This document shows positions 51,175 through 60,371 of a stretch of DNA of 64,000 nucleotides, piece by piece. The notes below the pieces were generated by a model. The model did not search any database. It was given only the letters and a program-made list of their open reading frames with translations, and had not been told where the DNA came from. Source of the DNA: Nitrosopumilaceae archaeon (lineage in GTDB: Archaea > Thermoproteota > Nitrososphaeria > Nitrososphaerales > Nitrosopumilaceae); the NCBI GenBank assembly GCA_965200155.1, contig CBDATR010000010.1, positions 416,001 to 480,000 of the forward strand. The letters run 5' to 3'. The position numbers and the translations under genes are program-made. Each line of letters begins with the position of its first letter. The stretch's first letter is position 1.

Positions 51175-51903
51175 GTATGAGTTCACGTGTTTTGATCATT
51201 CACTAAGATGTATAGATTGGTATGACAATATTTTGCTTAAATACCAAATTTGCAATAAGAATCTAATGAGAAGACGCCTGTCCTATAAGGAATTGGAACT
51301 GGAAAATCAGATTCTTCAGGATACCCTTGCGTCTACCGAGAAAGATCTTGCACATTACAAGGAACGTGTGAGAGTATTGGAAGCATATATTTCACGCACC
51401 ACAAAAGAAATACGAAATCTCACACACGATTTCCAAATTATTAGGAATTATGTAAATGAATTGAATGAGAAATTAGAAGAAAAACAGGGGAAAATTGCGG
51501 TAATCACAACGCGACTTAAATATTATGAGAATGCTCACTCGCCGTATGAATTCACGTCTTCCGGAATCTTATGCGCAAATCACATTAACTGTCGCGATCA
51601 GTTATGCGTAAATTTAGACACAGGTGAACTCATACTGTTCGTATTCCTAGAATATGACAGTGTGGAGCCCACCAACAATCCAGCGGAGCAGTGGAACCGG
51701 TTCTGATACGCAGTGGTATTCCGCAAGATTAGTGGTCAGATAAAGGGTGGTGAAAGGGCCATGCGCCGCATGTCATATGTGTTCAGACATGGAGGGCTCA
51801 GGGCCTTTCTGTAATGAACGAGGTTGCTGCCAGAATGCATTTATAATTAAAAAACTGGGATGCATTCTATCTTATTATGTGATCAAAACACGTGAACTCA
51901 TAC
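51175..51903 (+). mobile_element. IS66 family-1 derivative with its centre replaced by a MITE
   Basis: Both long TIRs; transposase N-terminal part to 51543, resumes at 51636. Confidence 0.9.
51544..51635 (-). mobile_element. 92-bp MITE at a deletion junction, no TSD
   Basis: Matches consensus. Confidence 0.93.
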
Positions 51904-52013
51904 TCCATTTGAACTCTTCCGGGGTGCATCCGGTCAGGGAATGAAGCTGATCCTTGCGTTCGATGTTGTCATCAAGATTTGAAATGAGTGCGTTCTTTGT
52001 GAGATTCGAGTTT

Positions 52014-52105
52014 GTATGAGTTCATCTGTGTCTAAATTTACGCACAACTGATCGCGACAGTTAATGTGATTTGTGCACAAGATTCCGGAAGACGTGAACT
52101 CATAC
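52014..52105 (+). mobile_element. 92-bp MITE inside IS5
   Basis: TSD TCGAGTTT. Confidence 0.95.
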
Positions 52106-52301
52106 TCGAGTTTGCCACGTAGGTTTGTTACTTCGGACTCGGTGCGTAGCCGGTTGTACTCTGTGACTAACTACTCCTTGGTGAGTTCTTCTGCTTTTGG
52201 CATACCTGGTACTACAAAATTAGATCTTAACTTTTCTGTTTCACACGAGTCTGTGTGTGAAAACCCATGATATTAGGTCAATTGTTCGTATCTAAAAACT
52301 T

Positions 52302-52393
52302 GTATGAATTCACGTCTTCCGGAATCTTATGCACAAATCACATTGACTGTCGCGATCAGTTATGCGTAAATTTAGACACAGGTGAACTCATAC
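52302..52393 (-). mobile_element. 92-bp MITE inside IS5
   Basis: TSD AAAAACTT. Confidence 0.95.
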
Positions 52394-52544
52394 AAAAACT
52401 TGGTTTAGACGTGCAGGGTGGGGGGAAGTGATTCTGCGCATACGGTCTAGTATTTCTGTTATTTTTTGTAACAGCTGCACTCCTTCTTGATATGTTTTAG
52501 GCACCCCACCAGACGGTGATCCTTGCACCCACACAACATACAGG

Positions 52545-52919
52545 TCACATCTTTTCGAGTACATCATTTATTTTGTCAGTTAAGTCTTTTTCGTTCAGCG
52601 CCTCCAATATTTTGTGCCGAATATGTCTGAGTCTACCTGGATCATCGCCATATAGCGGCTCCATGATGTATATCTCCCTTTCAAAATAGTAATCATTCAG
52701 AAACAGTTCCGCCCTAGATGATAGACCGGCTATGTCAATGCTAGGATAGTCTTTGGGATCTACCTTGCTTACTATGACTTGCATTATACCCTTGATTCGA
52801 AGCAGCTCCTGTCTTAGTATGGTAAGATCTCCGGGCTTATCTTGGAGTTCAGATACGATATTATATGAATCCAGTAACTGTGTGAGAAGGCCACGTATGT
52901 ATTGTCTGTGGGTTTTCAT
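52545..52919 (-). CDS. hypothetical helical protein
   Basis: Start set at MKTHRQY. Confidence 0.7.
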   Translation of the reverse strand: MKTHRQYIRGLLTQLLDSYNIVSELQDKPGDLTILRQELLRIKGIMQVIVSKVDPKDYPSIDIAGLSSRAELFLNDYYFEREIYIMEPLYGDDPGRLRHIRHKILEALNEKDLTDKINDVLEKM

Positions 52920-52988
52920 GTATGTAGTACGTAAATATTCACTAAAGTATGTATTTAATATTAAGTTAGAATTACACATGTGTGTAGA

Positions 52989-54044
52989 ATGATAACAGAA
53001 AAAGTGACGCAGTTAATCCGTGACGGAATTGGGAAACGCGCCAGACTTGAGCACATTCTACGCCAAATACAGAAGGGCGAGAATCTGCGCCGGTGGGACA
53101 AGGATTATCTAGATATGCTGGAAAATATCAATATTGTATTACCGCATAACAAGGACCTGTTAAAGATTATTCTTGATTGTGGCATAGGTGATCCTGGGCG
53201 TATACGATACATGCAGAGGAGAGTAGGGGATGGAAAGGATCTCCACAAGCCGGATGCAGAGTATCTTGTCTCCCTATATCACAGAGTGGTGCAGGACGGG
53301 TATGATGAGCCAGCCCAGGAGTCAGAGACCGAAGAGTCCCAGGGCGACATGAACGCGTCCGGCAGCGTTGCCAATGATGCGCCACACCAGACTATAGTGC
53401 ATCTGGACGCGCTGAAGAGTCACCTATACTCAATCCTAGACAGACATAGAAACGATGAGAAGAACCAGTTAGCAGACATAATGGAATTGTTGGAAAAAGT
53501 GCAACAAAGTGTGGACTCCATGAAAGCTGGACAGCAAGAGCTGGAACAGTATAGATTACGCCTTAGTGAGATACAGGAAAAGCAAGAAGAGATAACCCGT
53601 AACATATCTGATGAGAGAATGCAGATACACGCACTCATCGAGGATCAGCGGGAGAATATGGAAAAACAGTTACAGTTGACAGGAGAAATTCGCAATGAAT
53701 GGGCGCATCTGGAACAAAAATCATCCCAGTTGGCAGAAGTCGTGGAATCCATGGATGCGCAAAAGGAGAAGTTGACCAACGCACGCAGCGTGTATAGAAC
53801 TCTGGTACTAGAAGAAAAGAAGCTTGTCAAGTATCGCAAGAGTATGGAAAAAGAGAATATGGATATGGAGAAGGCACGGGAAAAGATACAGAAGAAGATA
53901 GAGAACGAGAAAGAGAAGATAGAGAGTCAGCTCGCACTAAAGAGAAAGATGTCCCAGGAGATTGAGCAGTTAAATGAAACAAAGAAGAGAAGAACCGAAC
54001 TTGAAAAGGAAACCAAGTCCATGCGAAAGACTGCCGATACGTAG
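52989..54044 (+). CDS. coiled-coil protein with a duplicated N-terminal G(D/K)xxR motif
   Basis: GIGKRARLEHI..DKDYL and GIGDPGRIRYM..DAEYL repeats, then a long E/K/Q-rich coiled coil. Confidence 0.75.
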   Translation: MITEKVTQLIRDGIGKRARLEHILRQIQKGENLRRWDKDYLDMLENINIVLPHNKDLLKIILDCGIGDPGRIRYMQRRVGDGKDLHKPDAEYLVSLYHRVVQDGYDEPAQESETEESQGDMNASGSVANDAPHQTIVHLDALKSHLYSILDRHRNDEKNQLADIMELLEKVQQSVDSMKAGQQELEQYRLRLSEIQEKQEEITRNISDERMQIHALIEDQRENMEKQLQLTGEIRNEWAHLEQKSSQLAEVVESMDAQKEKLTNARSVYRTLVLEEKKLVKYRKSMEKENMDMEKAREKIQKKIENEKEKIESQLALKRKMSQEIEQLNETKKRRTELEKETKSMRKTADT

Positions 54045-54659
54045 TTACAGTTTTACGCTTAGTTCTTCGCCATTTCCCACTGGTACTAGAACAGAGCGGA
54101 CCAATGGGTGGTTACGCGCGTACTGTGCAAACTCATCCATCATGTGGGAGAATTTGGGCGGATGTGTCATGTTGTCGGTAGCCACCAAACCCCCGGTTCT
54201 CACCATAGGAAGTACCGTGTCAAAATAGTGCCGTATATTCTCCTTATCAGCGTCAATAAGAACAAAGTCAAAATGCGAGCCGTATATGTTGGATAGTTCC
54301 ATGTCATGGAGTATATTCTTGGCAACACCGCGCCTCACCTGGATCACATCATCAACCCCCGCATCCCGAAAATTACGCATAGCCCGCTCTATCTTTTTTT
54401 CATCCATCTCTATGGTGATGACCATTCCGGATGTACCGCGCACCGCTTCTGCCATCAAGATTGTTGAAAAGCCGGTAGACATGCCTATCTCAAGTATATT
54501 CTTGGCCCCCATGGCCCGCAGTAGTATGTTAAAGAATACGCCGGTGTCATAAGTAATGGCAGACATTAGCTGGCCCGGTGGAATGATAATATCCCGGGCA
54601 TTTTCCCGCATAGATGCAGTATTGAGCCGTTCAATGACACGGGCTATTCTTTCGTCCAC
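54045..54659 (-). CDS. class I SAM-dependent O-methyltransferase (COMT-like)
   Basis: ILEIGMSTGFS, FDFVLIDADK, GGLVATDN. Confidence 0.9.
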   Translation of the reverse strand: MDERIARVIERLNTASMRENARDIIIPPGQLMSAITYDTGVFFNILLRAMGAKNILEIGMSTGFSTILMAEAVRGTSGMVITIEMDEKKIERAMRNFRDAGVDDVIQVRRGVAKNILHDMELSNIYGSHFDFVLIDADKENIRHYFDTVLPMVRTGGLVATDNMTHPPKFSHMMDEFAQYARNHPLVRSVLVPVGNGEELSVKL

Positions 54660-54972
54660 AAATGAGGTCAGATAACAGTCATAATTAGAAGTTATGAAGT
54701 ATGAGTTCAGGTGTTTTGATCATATGATAATATAGAAACAGCGTTTTTAGCTTGGTAGGAGATATCCAAGTTTTTTAGTTAGATGTTATCGTAATTATTC
54801 TGGAGCAATGGTGAGTTAAACTATAACTGCGTTCTAGGGGCAATCTCTGCCATTACCGAGAGTTTCTGGGCCCTCCATGTCTGGATGCATGATACTAATA
54901 TAGACATACGGCGCATGGCTTTTTCACCACCCTTTATGTGGCCGCTAATCTTGCGGAATATGGCAGGATATC

Positions 54973-55064
54973 GTATGAGTTCACCTGTGTCTAAATTTAC
55001 GCACAACTGATCGCGACAGTTAATGTGATTTGTGCACAAGATTCCGGAAGACGTGAACTCATAC
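54973..55064 (+). mobile_element. 92-bp MITE inside IS66 (only a 4-bp TATC repeat)
   Basis: Matches consensus. Confidence 0.93.
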
Positions 55065-55236
55065 TATCGTAATGCCCGCTCTGCGGGATTGTTTGTGGGT
55101 TCCACATAATCATATTCCAGGAATACGAACATGCCCGGGATGGCACGTTTTAATCCCCTTACCGTCTTTTACAGATCAGTGTCATTGATGTTTGTGTACT
55201 GGCATAGTGTGGATTTTGCCATGGACTTAAACGAGT

Positions 55237-55328
55237 GTATGAGTTCACCTGTGTCTAAATTTACGCATAACTGATCGCGACAGTTAATGTGATTTGTGCA
55301 TAAGATTCCGGAAGGCGTGAACTCATAC
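55237..55328 (+). mobile_element. 92-bp MITE inside IS66
   Basis: TSD AAACGAGT. Confidence 0.95.
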
Positions 55329-57115
55329 AAACGAGTGACGTAATTGCGCGGACGGCCCGTCACGTTCCAGTGATTCCTGTGCATTCCGGAATAGCCTCTT
55401 CATGTTATTATCAAGCTTGATTCGGGCATCCCGGTTGCCGGGGATCGATATAGAATCCTGCTGCGTGCAACCCTCGGGTATCGCGCAACAAGTGAGCCCA
55501 GCATAATTGATGCTTGTTACCATCGTCAAACCGGCGGTACACGACGTACCTGTCAGATATGACTACCCCTGGTAGCCATCCAGATACTAGTCTACTACGC
55601 CGGAACTCCTGCTTCTGTCATATGTGAGCATCATCTGCTGCCCGGAAAGCATTTGCCATGCCCACCCACGCCTGCCCGCCAGCGATATTCCGGTCTCGTC
55701 TACGTGGACGCTGGGTGATTTCATTATGTTCTGATGAATTATTTCCATGAATGGCTCACAGGCATCGGTTACCCTGGCAATTATGTTATTTACTGATCCC
55801 ACCGATACATGCAGGCCCAGAATCTCCTTTATGGTGGCTGGTATGTTTTTGATGGTCATTCTTCCCGCGCGTAAAGTGGCGATAATATAGTTTATTCTAG
55901 TATCAAAATCACCACTCTTTGGCACCCCCTCTGCCGGGGCCATCTGTTCTTTACTGCAGTCGCATTTGGCTATCTCTATTTCGTGAAGAATATCCTCAGT
56001 CCTGGCCGGTATTAAATGCGTCACGTATCGCGATTTTGTACCAATCACTGTCATACCGCAGTCGCATACCAGGTTATGGCCCTCATATGTGATGCGTGAT
56101 TATATCGGGGTTACATTTACTGGAGACGCCCTTGTGTCCCGCCTGACTGCCAGCCTTTCTTGTGGATCCAGTACTTGTCTGCTCCCCTTCTGCCCTTCCT
56201 CCGCTCTTCCTCTTGTCTGCCCTGTACTGGAGTGATGGCGGGGAGTTGGCATTCTCATAATATTTGAGCCGGGCCGCGGCTACCGCAGCTTTGCTGTGTT
56301 TTTCTTCTAATTCCTCTTCTAATTTAGCCACATATTGACGAATATATCCAAAATTCTGTATGGTTTTTTTCAGTTCTTCTATAATATTTGCCATATCATC
56401 TTACAATACCTTCACGCGTTTCATTGCATCTGCAAGATCCCTCTTGGTGGACGCAAGGGTGTCCCGAAGCAGCCGGTTTTCCTGCTACCATTTATTATGT
56501 GTTGTGTGTCTACTCGTTAGATTCTATTTCAAACTAGGTGAAGCGCAATATTGTCGTACCAAGTCAATTACAATCTTATCATATGATCAAAACACGTGAA
56601 CTCATACGTTATGAAAGCTGTCTCTAAGCAGCGATGACAAGAACGGCTTGGTGACAACAATATAACCAACGTTGAAAAATATATGCCATATGATGATACT
56701 GCGCAACAAGGTTGCCGAGCTCGTGGACTAACACACGAGGCTGATCAAAAACATTGAGGAATAAAATAGGAAACAGTCAGGTACAGCATTGCCGGATCAT
56801 GGAGTTAGAGCCAGAATACAATAAGTATTGATTGACATTAAGTTGATAAAGATTTTGAGTTCCTACTGTCTATCGGGAGCTCGCCTAGCATAAAAGTCGA
56901 AAAACATTGAAAGGGAGTTCTTCGGTCGATTCCAGAAATCCATGGAACCTACCAGTACACAAGACTTCCCAAGTATGCGCGGAATGCGTGTTCGTCTCTC
57001 TTGAGAATACAGGTGAAATGAAAACAAGAGTGGCGCCATACATGTCAAACGCACCAAAGGCCAAGGATATAACAAACGAGTGCAAGTGTGGTAATGTGAC
57101 ACCGTCATCGGCGGT

Positions 57116-58086
57116 TGTAATGTATGAAAAGTCGGTCCGCTAGTCATTGGCATCCTGCTCCATCCATTTTGCATCATTTGCCCTAATTGTCTGGGTCGCC
57201 TTTTTATTCCTGGAGTGGTGTTTCGCCGTTATCTATCCAGTGAGAAGTGCAACCTTCTCTCATTGTAGTAGTCCACATAATCCCGGAGACTGTCATAATG
57301 CCATATCTCATTGGACTCTTAAATAAGAGTCCCCTCGTCCTCAATCGTTCTGTAGAAGCGCTCCAGTTTGACATTTGTCTGCGGGTGGTATGGCCTGGAA
57401 TTGATTAGTATGATGTATTGATCCAGCAGTTCTTCCTAGAATAGTGGGTTTCCAGTTCTTTTTGCCCTTTTATTGTCCTACGAAACACGCGCCGTTATCC
57501 GAGATGCAGGGGCGCCGAATCTCTTTATCGCCAGTCTCAGTAATAGAACGGCGTTCTCTGAGGTTGCATGCTCAAATAGTGCCGCTCCGACTATACACCT
57601 GGATGCATCATCTATGAGATTCAGTCCCCCTGAAGCGCTCATCTTTCATGACATGCCAATGCCACATTGCATTGGAATATTTACGCTCATAGCGTACCCA
57701 CTCTGACTTTGCAGGTGATGAGACTGTCGTGCCGTTCTTTTTCATTATGTGATATACTGCGCGATATGTATTCTGTCTAAGCCTCTTTGCAATACGTACT
57801 ACTCCGGCGGGATCCTTGCTGTATGCTTCAGTTACCATTCGTATCTGGGTGGCGGTGATTGGTATCATGGGCCTGCCCATCTTTACTCGAGTCGTTCTCG
57901 TTCTCTGGTTCACAATCTTCGTACGTGTATTGAACTGATGTGTAGGTCTTGAGCTATTTTGGTGGCGGCAACGCCTCTTGCGCTGTCTTACTATTGATTT
58001 CTCTGTTATTCTCTTTACCATCTGGCTTGTGTAATCTGAACTACTGTACGCCGGATCCTAAGCGGACTTACTTTTCGTACTATTGA
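57116..58086 (-). mobile_element. IS481-family derivative, copy 3
   Basis: Same ends as copies 1 and 2; flanking repeat GTCATCGGCGGT (12 bp still matching). Confidence 0.88.
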
Positions 58087-58195
58087 ATGTCATCGGCGGT
58101 AAAGAGATAGACACGGTGTGCCCTGTATCGCATTCCGGGTAGGTCAACCATGTAACACTCCACACAATGGAGAGACTAAATTCTGCTGTTTCATT

Positions 58196-58287
58196 GTATG
58201 AGTTCACGTCTTCCGGAATCTTGTGCACAAATCACATTAACTGTCGCGATCAGTTGTACGTAAATTTAGACACAGGTGAACTCATAC
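58196..58287 (-). mobile_element. 92-bp MITE
   Basis: TSD GTTTCATT. Confidence 0.95.
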
Positions 58288-58419
58288 GTTTCATTTGCGA
58301 AACAGTGCTTGCGTGAACCACTCCTTACAGGTTTGCTTGTCTATTTTTGGGCCATGAAAACACGCCTCAATTCGGAGCGACCCATGTCAGGCGAATTCAT
58401 GAGCATAAAGAATGCAGCA

Positions 58420-58824
58420 CTACTCACGTGATGGATGGGAGCAGAGCTCTGAGAGTACGCCGTGCAATGACTTGGGATGTATGAACGTGACTTGCGTTCC
58501 CTCGGATCCGTCACGCACATCTCCCAAGAATCTCAATCCGCAGGATTTCATGCGATCAACCTCACCGTGTATGTCATCAGTCCCCAAAGCAATATGGTGC
58601 AAGCCCGGACCCTTCTTTTCCAGGAATTTCTTGATTGGACTGTTCTCACCAATGGGCTCCATAAGCTCGATGCGACCGTTCTCCAAGGGTATGATACCCA
58701 CCGAGACGCCTTCTGACTCTACGCGCTCATACCTCACATCAGAGACGCCCAAGGCCTTGGAGTACGTTTCCATGGCTTCCTTTAGGTTTTCTACTGCAAT
58801 GGCCATATGGTCGATGCGCATCAA
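58420..58824 (-). CDS. mce: methylmalonyl-CoA epimerase
   Basis: IDHMAIAV, IELMEP, GLHHIA, FIHPKS..GVLSEL. Confidence 0.93.
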   Translation of the reverse strand: MMRIDHMAIAVENLKEAMETYSKALGVSDVRYERVESEGVSVGIIPLENGRIELMEPIGENSPIKKFLEKKGPGLHHIALGTDDIHGEVDRMKSCGLRFLGDVRDGSEGTQVTFIHPKSLHGVLSELCSHPSRE

Positions 58825-60365
58825 AAGACCTCCTGTGGCGAGTACGCCCCAAACACTTTCCGGAAGGTATTGCTTATTTCCCCTGTGGTGGCCTTGGCCC
58901 TGGCAGCATCTATTATGAATGGCATCAAATTCTTGTCGGTTTCCGCGGCAGACTCCAAGGCAGAGAGGGCAGACTCTGCCTGTGTGCCACGGGAGCCGCG
59001 CAATGACAGAAGGGCTTCCCTCTGCTGTATCTCTACACGGTCATCTATGCGTAGCAGACTGGGCTGCGTCTCCTGTGCATCCACATACTTGTTTACACCC
59101 ACCAGTATGCGCTGGTCCTGGTCTACCTCCTTCTTTAGACGGTACGCGTTCTGTCTTATCTCCGACTGGAAAAAACCGCGCTCAATGGCAGCAACTGATC
59201 CGCCCATATCCTGTATGCGCTTGAGATAGTCCCAGACACCCTCCTCTATCTTTGCACAGAGATCCTCCATGTAATGCGAACCGGCCAATGGATCCACAGT
59301 CTTGGTCATTCCGCTCTCATGGGCCACTATCTGTTGTGTCCTGAGGGCTATCTTGGCAGACTCCTCGGTGGGCAGTGCCAAAGCCTCGTCCCGAGAATTG
59401 GTGTGCAGTGATTGTGTACCACCGGCTACCGCAGCCATGGTCTGGATGGCCACCCGCACGATATTGTTGTCGGGCTGCTGGGCCGTCAGGGATTCGCCGC
59501 TGGTTTGTGTGTGGAACTTTAGCTGCATGGACTTGGGATTCTTGGCGCCAAACCACTCCTTGAGTATTTGCGCGTATATCTTGCGCGCCACCCGGAACTT
59601 GGCCACCTCTTCAAAGAACTCGATAGTGCAGCAGAAGAAGAATGACAGTCGTGGCGCAAACTGGTCTATCTCCAGACCGCGCTCAAGACATGTCTTGATG
59701 TATGCTATGGCATTGGCCAATGTGAATGCAACTTCCTGGGTAGCCGTACAACCGGCCTCCCGCATATGATAGCCGGATATGGATATAGGGTACCACCGGG
59801 GTACGTTCTGTGAGCAGTATTCTATCATGTCACCTATCAACCGCATGGACGGCTGGGGAGGATAGATGTAGGTATTTCGCGCGATATACTCCTTTAGGAT
59901 GTCGTTCTGTGTTGTACCCCGGAGTTGATCGCTTGTGAACCCCTGGGACTGACCCACAACCACATAATATGCCAGAAGTGTGGATGCAGTGGAGTTAATG
60001 GTCATGGACGTACTTACCTTGCCAAGAGGTATCCCGTCAAATGCGGTCATCATGTCCTGTACTGACGCAATGGAGACCCCAACCTTGCCCACCTCACCTT
60101 CCGCTGGGGCAGAGTCAGGATCGTGGCCTATCTGCGTTGGCAGATCAAATGCCATGGATAGGCCTGTCTGGCCCTTGTCCAGCATAAACTTGAATCGCTC
60201 ATTGGTCAGGCGAGCATCGCCAAATCCAGAGTACTGTCGCATAGTCCAGAACCGGTCCCTATACATGCCGCCGTGTATACCGCGAGTATAGGGATACTCT
60301 CCTGATTCCTGTTCCCCATATATCCGGTTCACCTCGAATCCCGAATCAGTGTATAATGATGCCAT
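58821..60365 (-). CDS. mcmA: methylmalonyl-CoA mutase, large (substrate-binding) subunit
   Basis: PYTRG, WTMRQYSGF, GLSMAFDLPTQ, QNDILKEY, ISGYH, QSLHTNS. Confidence 0.95.
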   Translation of the reverse strand: MASLYTDSGFEVNRIYGEQESGEYPYTRGIHGGMYRDRFWTMRQYSGFGDARLTNERFKFMLDKGQTGLSMAFDLPTQIGHDPDSAPAEGEVGKVGVSIASVQDMMTAFDGIPLGKVSTSMTINSTASTLLAYYVVVGQSQGFTSDQLRGTTQNDILKEYIARNTYIYPPQPSMRLIGDMIEYCSQNVPRWYPISISGYHMREAGCTATQEVAFTLANAIAYIKTCLERGLEIDQFAPRLSFFFCCTIEFFEEVAKFRVARKIYAQILKEWFGAKNPKSMQLKFHTQTSGESLTAQQPDNNIVRVAIQTMAAVAGGTQSLHTNSRDEALALPTEESAKIALRTQQIVAHESGMTKTVDPLAGSHYMEDLCAKIEEGVWDYLKRIQDMGGSVAAIERGFFQSEIRQNAYRLKKEVDQDQRILVGVNKYVDAQETQPSLLRIDDRVEIQQREALLSLRGSRGTQAESALSALESAAETDKNLMPFIIDAARAKATTGEISNTFRKVFGAYSPQEVF

Positions 60366-60371
60366 CCCATA

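Larger units (their letters stand above)
51904..52448 (-). mobile_element. IS5-family copy 3 (5' fragment)
   Basis: Aligns with 41431-41780; carries two MITE insertions. Confidence 0.88.
54699..56607 (-). mobile_element. divergent IS66 family-1 element (pseudogene)
   Basis: Same TIRs; TSD GTTATGAA; YYENANSPPS, HVDETG and PTNNPAER fragments. Confidence 0.9.

Noticed and set aside
15022-55384. Family of short ORFs sharing CTNHINCRDQLCVNLDTGELI
   Set aside because: They are read-through of the stop-free MITE frame into unrelated flanks, not a protein family.
3603-58287. GTATGAGTTCAC repeats as a CRISPR array
   Set aside because: Copies are dispersed, in both orientations, have TIRs and 8-bp TSDs, lack regular spacers, and no cas genes are present.
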